A stretch of 62,888 bases of DNA, counting the filler, from Sanchytrium tribonematis (Eukaryota): assembly GCA_018985235.1 (NCBI GenBank). It is 15 parts of 15 records of this genome, joined end to end, with 100 filler letters (N's around TTAATTAATTAA, not from the genome) between each part and the next. Parts side by side here need not be neighbours in the genome. Positions count along the whole stretch, not along the records: positions 22,548 to 40,894 come from JADGIG010000115.1; positions 40,995 to 42,904 come from JADGIG010001168.1; 13 more parts are not named here. One strand, 5' to 3'. Position numbers and translations under genes: made by a program. Positions 30,866 to 41,710 of this stretch are shown in pieces; position 1 is the first letter of the stretch, and every line of letters starts with the position of its first letter. Under the pieces are notes generated by a model. That model saw nothing but the letters and a program-made list of their open reading frames with translations, made no database searches and was not told the origin of the DNA.

Positions 30866-31868
30866 ATGTCAAATGTTATACTAAATCTTAACATTTTCGA
30901 AATTAGGAGAGTGCTCAGACCTTTGCCAATGAAACAAGAAAATTTGATCGAAGCGACAGAGTTTCTAAAATCCTTTGATAATCCTACATTATACAAAACA
31001 AGCGACCAAATTGAAAATATTGAGAATATTTTTTATGACCAACAATCACAGTGTGACTCTCTTAAGCGACTTTTAGATGAAATACCGAGATTTCCTTCTA
31101 AAAGTTTGCAGCAGGAAAAACAGCGTCGATGTACGGAGCTTCAAAAGGAATTACTAGTTAAAGAAGAGTCTAAGGATTCTTTGCGCGAAAGCTTGCAAAC
31201 TGAAATCGAAGCAGTGGTAGACATGATTGAGAAGTTACGACATCTACTGTCTCGGATTCAAGAAAAATCAGCCAAATTAGACGCTGTTCGACGATCTTTA
31301 GACGAGAAGTTACAGGAGGCTCAATCTTCATTTGACAAACGCATTACAGAACAACAGCAATTTCAAGAAAATATTTTGGAAAGAAGAAAAGTCTTGGATG
31401 GTCTCGAAAACAAAGAGACAGAAATTAAGGAGCTTCTTGACAAGTTACAGTCTGAATTAAAATTGAAAGAGCAAGAAATAGCATCGTACGAAGAAAGTAA
31501 GCTCAGTTTGAAAATCAAAATCGAAGAACAACAAGCCTATTTAATTGATAGAGATTCGAAGATTGATGAAGTTTACCAAGAACAATTTACGAAGACAAAT
31601 TTCCTTAAAGAAATATTTAACGAATCAGACATGAAGACTCAAGTTAAATTGAAAAGAAAGACACTTTTTAAAGAGTTTGAGCAGCTTGGGTAATTCTAAC
31701 TAATTAAGATGGAAAATTAGTGAAAGTGGAGATCAAATCTACCAATTTGAAAAGGAAGGTAAATCTGCAACTATAAGTACAGACGTATTTTTCCCTTATA
31801 CCAAAAGTTGTACTGTAAATGGGCATGAAATCGGGTCAAGTTTACTTCAAAGTCTTCAAAATTTATAA
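30866..31868 (+). CDS. Coiled-coil protein, possibly Spc7/KNL1 C-terminal-like (2 exons: 30866-31689, 31709-31868)
   Basis: Long heptad region. Splicing gives FEQLGWKIS plus a beta-rich tail. Family assignment is weak. Confidence 0.6.
31690..31708 (+). other. 19-nt spliceosomal intron GTAATTCTAACTAATTAAG (AAG acceptor)
   Basis: Removes the stop and opens a further 160-nt exon that fills the gap to the next gene. Confidence 0.8.
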
Positions 31869-31877
31869 ATTTATTAT

Positions 31878-32201
31878 TTAGTTTAAGAAATATTCTGCTA
31901 GTAATCCCTGTCCACAGTTTGTCCAAGCTAGAAATCGATTCAATTCGTCATCTTCGGAAGTTTGGGCTTCAGAAATACCTACTTCTGCGTCACTTACATT
32001 TTGCTTAGCAAATGGCTCTGACTTTCTAATCAAAGTCTCAATAGAAGAATCATCAGATTTGACTGTCAAAATATCTTCAGGGTTTGCTTCTGCAATATAC
32101 ACTGCGTCCAATGGTAAAACTACGGGCACGTAGTCCCCAAATTCATCTCTTTTAACTTTTAGCCCAGAACTTAAAAAAATTACTAAAAATAAACTTAACA
32201 T
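31878..32201 (-). CDS. Small orphan secreted protein
   Basis: 107 aa, hydrophobic leader MLSLFLVIFLSSG followed by a KR site. Confidence 0.55.
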   Translation of the reverse strand: MLSLFLVIFLSSGLKVKRDEFGDYVPVVLPLDAVYIAEANPEDILTVKSDDSSIETLIRKSEPFAKQNVSDAEVGISEAQTSEDDELNRFLAWTNCGQGLLAEYFLN

Positions 32202-32294
32202 CGATGGCTTGAAAATCTCAACCCGAAGTTTTAAAATTGGATGTAGATGCTCTTGAATCGCGAGTCAATACTATTCAAGAAAAGGAGGTAATAT

Positions 32295-34027
32295 ATGATA
32301 CCTGAAATAATTGAGAAATTCTGCAATAATTTACTATTTGATGAAGCGCTGATTTATGCAGAATTATTATACAGCCAAAATAATTCTGTAGATAATTTGG
32401 AGGTATTGGCGAAAGTGTTATATAACATGCAAAGGTATGAATGTGCATTTGAATTAATTCAAAAAGAATTGAAGCATAAAAAGTTAACGGATAAAACACT
32501 CACTATATATGGCTTTTGTTCGATATATATCAGTCCTGAAAAAGGTTTGAAAGCGATCAAGTCTTACCTGATTAAAAATGAAGGTTCAGAATATTTGCAC
32601 ATAATATACGCTCGATTAAATAGACTTAATGGAGATGTCACCAATAGCAAGAGACACTTTGAAAAGGCTATTGAGCTAAATCCGTTGCTTTTGAATGCAT
32701 ATCGAGAAGCAATGAAACTTGGAAGTACTATGGATCACTCATTTCCTATAAAGATGAATCAATCATCTGACGAACCACTCGAAGAAGAACACGGGGATCC
32801 AGGAATCGTAACTAGAGCTCATCAATCAAATCTTGAGTCAAATTTAATGATAACAAAAAATAATCTTAAAATTTCGACATCATTGAAGCGGAAATCTTCG
32901 GACATTTCATCATTTAAACAAAATCATCCAAAGAAAAAACCCAAATCCTCACCTCCACAATTTGAAATTAACGAGGAAGCGCAAGATCACATCAAGTGTG
33001 AAATGGCTGTTTTTAAATGTATCTGTCAAAGAGATTTTCAAGCGGCTTTGAAAATTTTGAGAGAGTTTGACTCTTTGAACAAGTTTAACTCTTTTATATC
33101 CATTTTGAGAATTATTTGTCAACATGAGCTTAATTTACCAAAATCGGAAACGTTGTTTTCCATTTCAGTACATGTTGAAAAATATGAGCTTCATCTCGAA
33201 GGTCTGGAATATCTTCTTGCTATATTATGGATGTATCAAGATAGTGAGAGGCTTTCGAAGCTAAAATCGCAGTTGAAGAAGAGGTTCCCGAATTCTTTTC
33301 AGTATTATTTATGTAAAGGTTGTTCAAATTCCTTAGAGGGCGAGACAGAGGAAGCTATAAAAGCTTTGACAATGGCAACAAATCTAGATGAGTCGGGATT
33401 TGCTGCAAGTTTATCAGGATGGGTGCTCCTACCAGATGAAAAATTCGACCTTGCTATGCAGCTCTTTAATATCGCCAAAAAAAGAAACTCCACAGACGCT
33501 CGCGCACTTACAGGGTTAGGCTGTGTATATTTGAGAACCAACAATGTCCATAATGCATTAATTGCTCTGCAAGACTCCGAGCGACTTAAAAATAATTCAG
33601 AAACAAACAAGCTGTTATTATCCGAGGCCTTAAGAAAATCCGGCAAACTTGTTGAAGCTTATGAAGTCATAAATGGAGCGTTGTCTTTATTTCCAAAAGA
33701 GCGTACTTTGATTAATGAAAAAATAGTTTTATGCCTGAAAATGAATCAATATACTGTATTTTTATTTTAACACAGGAAGCGGCCAAAGAACTTGAGTCCC
33801 TCAAATCAATAGGGCGTCAGCATCCTTCGGTCAAAATTCTATCAGCGCAGCTTGCTTTACTTTCTGGAAATATCGGCGAATCTCACGGACAATATATGGA
33901 GGTAATTGCTGATGATATTGCCATTATAAATCAAATGCAGATGGGATTAGAAGAAATTTTTTACCCCCAAGATACCCAACATGACTTCAGCGCATTTGAT
34001 GAGGTCAAAATTAGGCCAATTGAATAA
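32295..34027 (+). CDS. CDC27: APC/C TPR subunit Cdc27-like (2 exons: 32295-33755, 33776-34027)
   Basis: ALIYAELL N-terminus, A.ELNP, LEG.EY...LW, A..GLG.VY, and EAAKELE.LK after splicing. Confidence 0.75.
33756..33775 (+). other. 20-nt spliceosomal intron GTATTTTTATTTTAACACAG
   Basis: Joins MNQYT to EAAKELESLK in frame. Confidence 0.9.
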
Positions 34028-34067
34028 AATTGTTCCTTCAAAGGATCAAACAAATTGTACTATTTTA

Positions 34068-36746
34068 ATGATAATTGCACCAGTGACTTGTATCAAATGT
34101 GATGAAGATATTGTCTATTGTGGGGTTGGTTCATACATCTTAAAATATAATTTGCACACTACGCAGAAAAATTATATACGAATTTTTAATCATCAAAGAA
34201 TTCACAACATAATCATATATAATAACAATGTCTTGATAAATGGTGGCAGAATTGTTTGCTTGACCGACATTAACTTCAAAAAAACGATTTACTTTGAAAA
34301 AGATTCGGAATGGTTTATGGATATTTCCTTACGCAACAATGAAATATGCTTGTTGACTTCAAATAGCTTATCAATTGAACTCGATTCTAAATTGAACATA
34401 ACATCGCAATATAAATGCAAATCAGATTTAAGTTTCTACTCTTGCTTGATTGACAATAATAGAAATAGAAATATTGGAGCCAATGTTTTTGGAGAATTGA
34501 CAATTTGGGATAAAAATGGCGTTTTAGAATTTTTTAAACTTCACAATGGATTCATAATTAAGATGAAGCTAATAGATGGATATCTTCTCACTTGTTCTGA
34601 GGATCGCACGGCAAAATTGACAAATTTGGAAACTAAAATTTCGGTAATTTTTTCTGTAGAGAAAGGCCGAGTTTGGAATGCTTGCGCAAACTCTCACCAC
34701 TTATTTTGTGTATCAGAGGATGCTGGAGTTCATGTCTTCGATCTTGAATTCCCCAGAGAGAAGGAGGTGGTAAAAGCTCCGATAGTTGTGTTGAATGGAC
34801 ATGACCCAAAGCATTTATGGTCTATCGATAATTTGCCTAAACACAAAATTTTATTGACCGGTGGGAATGATGGTGGCTTAGTACAATGGCCCCTCGAATT
34901 CAAATCTAGCTTTGTTGAGACAAGAGATGAATTAAAATCTTCATCGCCAAATTACTTGCCGCTTGAACATGCTCGCTCAGTTCACGCAGTTGGGAATTCG
35001 AAATTTATTTGTATCACAAATATCGGAAGAATTTTTGAGGTTTTTCAAAACCAGTGGGCTTTGTTAGCCAATCTATCGTTTAGCAAATCATATTTTCAAA
35101 GTTTTCAAATTAGCAATTTTATCATTTTTGGTGATTTGGCCGGTAACATTGTTATTTGGGACTGGAAAAATAGGATCGTAAAATTGAAAGAAGCTCAATT
35201 TACTCAAAAAATTGTATCAATTGAAGCCTTATTCTTGGAAGAAAATATGGCTATTGCAATTCAATTGGTGGATAGCACAGTAGCTTGCGTGAAATTTGAT
35301 TCGGAATTTAAAATTGAATGGTCAAAGCATTTATCTCTGCTGACTAACTTTACTTCCTTTACAGCTGATCAGCGGCACTTCATTTTTGGTACCAGAGAGG
35401 GATTCATTCATGTTTTTGATAAAGATTTAAACTATTTGAGAAAATACAATGCACATCATGGTGATAGAGTAAGTGATTTAAGATTCGAGTCTAAGATTTT
35501 GCAAACTTGTGGAAGAAATGGTTGTGTTACATTTTGGAAGCATAATGGCCTAGATTTTGATTTAATAATGGAGAGTAAAGTCACAAAGGGATGGACAGAA
35601 AAAATTATCAACAAAGATTTATTAGTAACATTTTTCAAAAAATCTATGAAAATTTATTCAATATCTGAAGGGCGGGAGACCGTATCAGTCGAATGTGGTG
35701 GAGTTCATAGATCTTATTCTGTCTCTTCGAATAAGGATAACGTTGATTTTGGGTTTCTACAAGGGACTCAATTATATACTTTTAAACACTTTTATTCTCA
35801 ACAATTCAAACAAATTTCACCTTCATTATTTGGTCGAGAATTGCGGGACTGTATTTGGAGCAGAGATATTCTAATTTGTGCTGGTGAAAATGGCTATTTA
35901 AAAGGATTTAAATTCATTGACAACTCTTGGCAAAATATTTGCAATCTGAAAGCCAGTGAAACAGTCATTAAAAGCATTTCGCTTTATAACGACATTTTAT
36001 TTTCTTGTGGTGGAAAAGAAACCATTACTGCTTGGAAAATAAGCTCTGAATCATCTTCTTTGAGTATAGCTCACTTGGCTGACTGTCCTCAGTCAAGTTC
36101 AATTGAGGAAGTTCGATGTATGTCAATTGACTATAACTTATTTGAAGACAAGATTGTATTAGTTGTAGGATACTCGGATGGGTATATACGATATTTTACT
36201 TTTGATGATGCCTTGAAAAGATTCAGTCAAATTTGTGAAATCTATATTGATTCGTGTATATTCTCTCTGTATTTTATTAATCGATTCACATTAGACTGTT
36301 TGTGCAGCACGAGTAAAGGTGAATTGGCATTGGTCAGTCTTACAAACAATATTTTTAAAAGCCCTGCCCAGTTCTCAAAAAATCGATTTGTCAAATCCAA
36401 CAGATATGATTACAAATACAAGACTAAGGTCATGGCGACCGGAATCCATGATTTTCTGATTGATGGAAACATTGTATATTGTGTAGGAGACGATGGCTAT
36501 GTAGCCACTTGTGATTTAAAGATTGATTGCAAAATAACTCAGGAGTGGTTTGTTTCCAATTCACCACTTACAACTATATGTAAACTAAATGATTCAATAT
36601 ACGTCTCTGGTCTTGACCAAAATATTTATGCACTCCATTCAAATGGGTTCGAACTGTACAAGAGAACTTGTATCTCTGATATTTCAAAAATAGTGCCTCA
36701 CTATGGGAAAATACTAGTTGCAGGATTCGGCATAGAATTTTATTAG
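34068..36746 (+). CDS. WDR6: WD40 protein WDR6/Trm734 (tRNA 2'-O-methylation cofactor)
   Basis: PVT start, CSEDRT, GRVW, TGGNDG, CGGVHRS, GRE, R.M, SGLDQ and G.GIE. Confidence 0.85.
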   Translation: MIIAPVTCIKCDEDIVYCGVGSYILKYNLHTTQKNYIRIFNHQRIHNIIIYNNNVLINGGRIVCLTDINFKKTIYFEKDSEWFMDISLRNNEICLLTSNSLSIELDSKLNITSQYKCKSDLSFYSCLIDNNRNRNIGANVFGELTIWDKNGVLEFFKLHNGFIIKMKLIDGYLLTCSEDRTAKLTNLETKISVIFSVEKGRVWNACANSHHLFCVSEDAGVHVFDLEFPREKEVVKAPIVVLNGHDPKHLWSIDNLPKHKILLTGGNDGGLVQWPLEFKSSFVETRDELKSSSPNYLPLEHARSVHAVGNSKFICITNIGRIFEVFQNQWALLANLSFSKSYFQSFQISNFIIFGDLAGNIVIWDWKNRIVKLKEAQFTQKIVSIEALFLEENMAIAIQLVDSTVACVKFDSEFKIEWSKHLSLLTNFTSFTADQRHFIFGTREGFIHVFDKDLNYLRKYNAHHGDRVSDLRFESKILQTCGRNGCVTFWKHNGLDFDLIMESKVTKGWTEKIINKDLLVTFFKKSMKIYSISEGRETVSVECGGVHRSYSVSSNKDNVDFGFLQGTQLYTFKHFYSQQFKQISPSLFGRELRDCIWSRDILICAGENGYLKGFKFIDNSWQNICNLKASETVIKSISLYNDILFSCGGKETITAWKISSESSSLSIAHLADCPQSSSIEEVRCMSIDYNLFEDKIVLVVGYSDGYIRYFTFDDALKRFSQICEIYIDSCIFSLYFINRFTLDCLCSTSKGELALVSLTNNIFKSPAQFSKNRFVKSNRYDYKYKTKVMATGIHDFLIDGNIVYCVGDDGYVATCDLKIDCKITQEWFVSNSPLTTICKLNDSIYVSGLDQNIYALHSNGFELYKRTCISDISKIVPHYGKILVAGFGIEFY

Positions 36747-37157
36747 GAAGTCTTTGTTCTTTCGTCAATTATACTATCTAATTCCCTTTTTTCTTGTGTC
36801 AAAGCACACGAGTAACAAAATAAATGAAGACAATAATCACCTACATAAACATTTTATACCTAAATATTCGTCTTCGTGTATAAAAAATCGCCCTCTCACG
36901 ATAACTCGCTGAGCTCCACTTAATAAAAAATGCTTCAGCATAGGAATGGTAACAATATATAACATTATTGAGTTAAAGTAACTTTGATCAGGGTCTAACA
37001 TTTCCCTTAGATCAGCATAAACCACACAGGGACAGAAACAAGCTCTGCAGAATGTAAATGGCTTTTGCCAGAAATTCCACATAGGAAATTTCCAGCCTCT
37101 TTCCTGAATCGGCGTCCAGCCTAAATCAGTATCAATTTCTTCTTTTTGATAAGCCAT
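36743..37157 (-). CDS. PLAC8/cornifelin-family Cys-rich protein (2 exons: 37157-36860, 36840-36743)
   Basis: CFCPCV in exon 1. DYCLHLFCYSCALTQEKREL in exon 2 after splicing. Confidence 0.88.
36841..36859 (-). other. 19-nt spliceosomal intron GTATAAAATGTTTATGTAG
   Basis: Removal restores the PLAC8 C-terminal D.C..H.FC..CAL.QE motif. Confidence 0.92.
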
Positions 37158-37197
37158 TTATAAATCGATGTTTTGAAATTGCGACGTATAAATTTAT

Positions 37198-37840
37198 TTA
37201 CATTTTAAATTCATATTTTATTGGCTGCATATAATGTGTACTGCTATATCTTACTTTCCAAAGATCCTCAATTATTCATTTATACCTTTTCTCTAATTGT
37301 GATACTCGGAAATCGATAAACCTCGAATTCTGGATATTTCTCGAAACATTTTAAATCTAATCCATTAACACAATTATTGCTTTCATTTTGAATCGGATTA
37401 CCTGATATAAACCATTTTTCTAATTCAGTTGCTTTTTCATTTTCATAATTTGCGCTCATAGATTCTGGCTCAAAATTAGTCTTATCTGTCTGGGAAATGT
37501 CCCAAAGTGAATCATGAAATTTATGGTAGAGGCATGGAGTGATGTTTCCGCATAATTGGTCAGAATAATTAACCCAATTTGGACTTGTCTTTAAACTGAT
37601 ATTGGATATTCCATGGTCTACACTAGATTCTGTAGAATTAATACAGTATGCTTTAAGGAAAGAAAAACCGTGTTGTAGTGAATCATAGATGGCACAAACT
37701 GCATTTTTACAACTCACTTGAATTTGGTTCTGTGTATACTCACTTAATTCAGGTAAATGTACTTCATGGCTCTTTATTTCTGGTTTCTCTAGAGTTTTAA
37801 AATTTTGCTGCAATTTGGAAATAAAGTCATAGTCAAACAT
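37198..37840 (-). CDS. Hypothetical protein (2 exons: 37840-37286, 37266-37198)
   Basis: Long ORF extended by a consensus-matching 19-nt intron. No family recognised. Confidence 0.55.
37267..37285 (-). other. 19-nt candidate intron GTATAAATGAATAATTGAG (GAG acceptor)
   Basis: AAG|GTA donor, T-8/A-6 consensus, opens a 23-codon terminal exon. No homology support. Confidence 0.6.
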
Positions 37841-37974
37841 GGCCAAAATATTTTTACTTCGTGACGACCCTTAACTACATTTTGAATTATTTTTCATATC
37901 ACTTATTTATTACATCAGAAAATTAATCAATATCACAATTAAAAATTCTCCTTGAATCACATCGTTTAAAATTT

Positions 37975-39112
37975 ATGTCTAACAATAATCATTCTGATGT
38001 TGATTCTAACTGTCTTATGATCGAGCAACAAGACAACAAAGCTTCTAGGAAACTGATTTATGCCTCAATTTTATGCTTTCTTTTCTTTTTGGCGGAATTG
38101 CTTGGTGGAATATTCGCCAATTCACTCGCATTAATTTCAGATTCTTTCCATATGTTATCCGATGTATCAGGATTTGCTATTTCATTGGCAAGTATTTGGA
38201 TTGCAAGTAAACCAAAAACATCGAGGCATTCTTTTGGATTTCACCGCGCTGAAATAATTGGTGCTGTATTGTCTGTATTATTAATTTGGGTTTTGACGGG
38301 AATTCTTCTCAGTGAAGCAGTGGAGCGTATAAAAAATCCAGTCGAGATAAATGCTCCAATTATGCTGCTAACAAGTATTGCTGGACTTGTTGTCAATATT
38401 GTTGTTCTATTTGTACTTGGTGGTCATCATCACGCTGGACATTCTCACCATCACCCAAATATCGAAGAACTCGGTGAGGAAATCGAATCTGGTAGAAACA
38501 GAATGACAAACTCCGTTGCAGGTAGCAATTCTGCTTCTCCATCTCCAACTAGGATTACGCTGGTGGAACCGGACGTGCGGGTCACTGAAGAAAGACACGA
38601 TAACATTAATATCAGAGCAGCCATAATCCACGCACTTGGTGACGCCTTGTTTAGTGTAGGTGTGATTATTGCCTCATTAATAATTTATTTTAAACCAGAA
38701 TACCACATCGTTGATCCCATCTCTACCATATTTTTTAGTATCATTGTTTTATTTACTACTCTCCGAATTTTAAAAGACAGCTTATTTGTTTTAATGGAGG
38801 CATCACCAAGCAATATCGATGTCGACAGACTCAAGTTTGAACTAAGTGGAATTGCTGGAGTGAATGATATTCATTGTTTCCATGTTTGGCTACTATCTAT
38901 TGGAAGGGTAATTTTGGTTTATTTAGACAGCCCTATCAGTTCATTTGGCAACTGACCCATCAGAAATTAGAGATTTAAAAGATCTGCATAGAATATTGGC
39001 CGACGCAGAGCATATCGCTTATAACATATTTAATATCGACCATTGTACAATTCAAATTGAAATTCCAAGAGACGGTGTAAAATCTGGATGCAGAACACCA
39101 TCCAACCAATAA
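37975..39112 (+). CDS. Zinc transporter, ZnT2/SLC30-like CDF (2 exons: 37975-38907, 38927-39112)
   Basis: SLAL.SD.FHMLSD, FG.HRAE, His-rich loop, NINIRAA.IH.LGD, HVW. ALSVHL and HCTIQIE appear after splicing. Confidence 0.93.
38908..38926 (+). other. 19-nt spliceosomal intron GTAATTTTGGTTTATTTAG
   Basis: Removal restores the ZnT cytosolic domain (SVH...HxTIQxE). Confidence 0.93.
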
Positions 39113-39113
39113 A

Positions 39114-39980
39114 TTATTGTGATTTAGTGCATTCTACAACGTAATGATAAACATTCGGGGCATAGTTCTTGACTTTCCTGGCTGATTTTGGTTGCATGTC
39201 AGAATCCAATTTAGTATAAAGCTCTTCTTCACTAGTGCTGCATTCGTGGATAATCATTTCACCAGACCCAAATACAATTTTCTTCGCTAAATTCCACATT
39301 CCTTTCGAAGTTGGCAAAAGTCCACAAAGAACAAGATCAGCATTTAAACCTGAAAGATATCGCTCATATTCATGATGGTTTCCAGGGCACACCACAATAA
39401 CTTTTTGATTAATATAATTATTGAGATTTTCGATTTTATCCACCCCAAATTTCCAGTACACCTTGGTTTTGATATCCATAAGTTCTGCAATACTTTCAAT
39501 CTCGCCATATATGTTTTTTCCATCAACTGTAAAAGTATCTTTTTTATACAAAACAACAATTCGTTGCTTGTTTAGATTCGCACCGATAATCATACCGGCG
39601 ATACTGAAAGGATTCCATTCACAAGCTATAACGCATTTGCCTTGACTATATAGTGGAAAACACCAATATCCAATTCCAGCACATAGATCAACCACCAAAT
39701 TTGCTTTTTTTTGACCAATGACTTGTTTTTCAAAATGATTGCCTTTGGAAAACATAGTCTTTAATGGATACCAACTATAGAAAATCCCAAATTGCTTTGC
39801 TTTTGCCCAATATTGGTCAAAATTTCCCATCAGCGGCTTCAATTGAGGCGTTCTTAAAGTATCATTCAAAATTTTGTCAATATATGCAACGTGGGTACAT
39901 TTTAATTTTTTAGCAAGTTCCTCGGGATTCGGATATTCTTTTTTGACAAGCAGCATTGTGTCATACCTCTCATAGCTCAT
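39114..39980 (-). CDS. TYW2: tRNA wybutosine-synthesizing protein 2 (Trm12/TYW2)
   Basis: TMFSKGN..EK, VDLCAGIGY, ACEWNP, GLLPTS, IHE, VKNYAP.V.H.V. Confidence 0.88.
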   Translation of the reverse strand: MSYERYDTMLLVKKEYPNPEELAKKLKCTHVAYIDKILNDTLRTPQLKPLMGNFDQYWAKAKQFGIFYSWYPLKTMFSKGNHFEKQVIGQKKANLVVDLCAGIGYWCFPLYSQGKCVIACEWNPFSIAGMIIGANLNKQRIVVLYKKDTFTVDGKNIYGEIESIAELMDIKTKVYWKFGVDKIENLNNYINQKVIVVCPGNHHEYERYLSGLNADLVLCGLLPTSKGMWNLAKKIVFGSGEMIIHECSTSEEELYTKLDSDMQPKSARKVKNYAPNVYHYVVECTKSQ

Positions 39981-40022
39981 TTTCTCAAGTTGCAAGGAGA
40001 TTAAATTTGTCACACAATTTTA

Positions 40023-40859
40023 TTAATTGTCCATATTCCAGAAACACAACATTTTATCATAAAATGAACAAGTGGCTACTTTAGTTTGGTTAAGCCACAC
40101 AGCTCCGTAAACCATTGATTCGTGTTTTGAAAAAGTTTGCAGAATTTGATTTTGCCTCAAATCTACAATGTGTGCACCACCATGCATTGCAGCAATCAAC
40201 CATATTTGATCATTGTTTGGATTCTTTTTCATTCTCCATATTCCACCTCCACAGTCTAATTCTGATTCGATTCTGTTTGGCGTTCTTGAATCCACAATAC
40301 GGACTTTTTCGTCATAGTTTCCACATAGAATATTATTGTCATAAATTTCAAGACAAGATACACCCATTTCAAAAGTTTTCTTCCAAATTGGTTCTTTGGA
40401 AGCATTGATATCCCAAAAATTTAAGTTACAATCATCTGCACCAGAAACAATATTGGCATGATTTTGCCAGCAACAACTCCATACTTCCAAACTATGTCCT
40501 TTAATGTCTTGCATCAAGGTTCTAGTATTAGTGTCGAAAATATGCAGATAACCCAAGGAATCGGAAATAAGACACATTCCCAAATTTGATACAGACAATG
40601 ACAATCCAATCCCATTTGATATCTCATAGCATTCTTTGTCTTCACCAATTACGATAAGTTCACCCTCAGAAGTCACGCCATATAGTCTTTCCTTGTACAC
40701 TTCGATATCCAGCACACCGTTTCCTCTGTAATACTCCGCAGATCTAGAAGCAATTTTACCGACTCTTTTTGAATCTTGTAATTCATAGCATGCATAAACG
40801 AGCTGGTCATCGAAAATTTCTAAATCATCGGGAGTAAATTCCAACTCCAAGTGTTCCAT
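40023..40859 (-). CDS. DPH7: Diphthine methylesterase Dph7/Rrt2 (WDR85)
   Basis: YEL...R.G, H.LE.W, SGADD, YDE, GGGIWR, AAMH.G, HESMVYG..W, CSFYD. Confidence 0.92.
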   Translation of the reverse strand: MEHLELEFTPDDLEIFDDQLVYACYELQDSKRVGKIASRSAEYYRGNGVLDIEVYKERLYGVTSEGELIVIGEDKECYEISNGIGLSLSVSNLGMCLISDSLGYLHIFDTNTRTLMQDIKGHSLEVWSCCWQNHANIVSGADDCNLNFWDINASKEPIWKKTFEMGVSCLEIYDNNILCGNYDEKVRIVDSRTPNRIESELDCGGGIWRMKKNPNNDQIWLIAAMHGGAHIVDLRQNQILQTFSKHESMVYGAVWLNQTKVATCSFYDKMLCFWNMDN

Positions 40860-40994
40860 TTAGAAAATATTTATTAAACTTCAACCATTTCTCGNNNNNN
40901 NNNNNNNNNNNNNNNNNNNNNNNNNNNNNNNNNNNNNNTTAATTAATTAANNNNNNNNNNNNNNNNNNNNNNNNNNNNNNNNNNNNNNNNNNNN

Positions 40995-41710
40995 TTTATA
41001 GTATCATACCTTGAATTGAAAGGTATGAATCTAAATGGAGTGATTTTATCAGCATCTCTACCTCCCAGTATCCAGTTATTAACCATTGGATCATGTACTT
41101 TAACTTGTATTATTCCACCAGATCTCCCAAGCACCATTCTCACGCTCATTTTAGATAATAATGGATTAACTGGTTCGATTCCAGCCACTTTACCTTCCAA
41201 TTTAGTCATATTTAGTGCTATAAACAATCGATTAAAAGGGGTTTTACCCATTTTTCCAAATACCGTGCAGCAAATTCTTGTAAGTGGCAATATCTTATTT
41301 GGTGAAATACCATTACTACCCAGTGGATTGACTGTATTTGGTTCAAGTGGAAATCAATTAAATGGAACATTAAAAAATTTTCCAGACACAGTCACTAGCA
41401 TTGGACTAAATAATAATTTATTGACGGGTAAATTGGGTGCTTTGCCTAGTCAATTGCAAGGTTTAGCACTTACAGCGAATCTATTGGATGGTGATTTACC
41501 AGATTCATGGCCAGTTGGTCTCAAATCTCTTTATATCGATGATAATTATTTTACTGGTGTGTTTCCAGTTCAATTGTTGGGTCAATTAGATGTATTATAC
41601 ATTCAATTCAATTTTTTTACTGGCTGTTTAAATGTAACATTGGTTTGCTTATCCTGTAATATGGACTCGAATTCGTTTCAAGGAAAAGTTGCTTTTCAAA
41701 AACCCACTGA
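40995..41710 (+). pseudogene. LRR receptor-like protein fragment, interrupted by a transposon
   Basis: LxLxxNxLTGxIP..LP repeats, paralogous to 61023+. Similarity stops abruptly at FQKPT, where the paralogs continue FQKPNYL/LQKPTYL. Confidence 0.8.

Noticed and set aside
32282..32297. Perfect Shine-Dalgarno AAGGAGGT 5 nt before the CDC27 ATG (similar before ELP3 and IBA57)
   Set aside because: These are eukaryotic genes, and the same element occurs about as often in reverse orientation, which fits a DNA-level promoter element rather than rRNA pairing.
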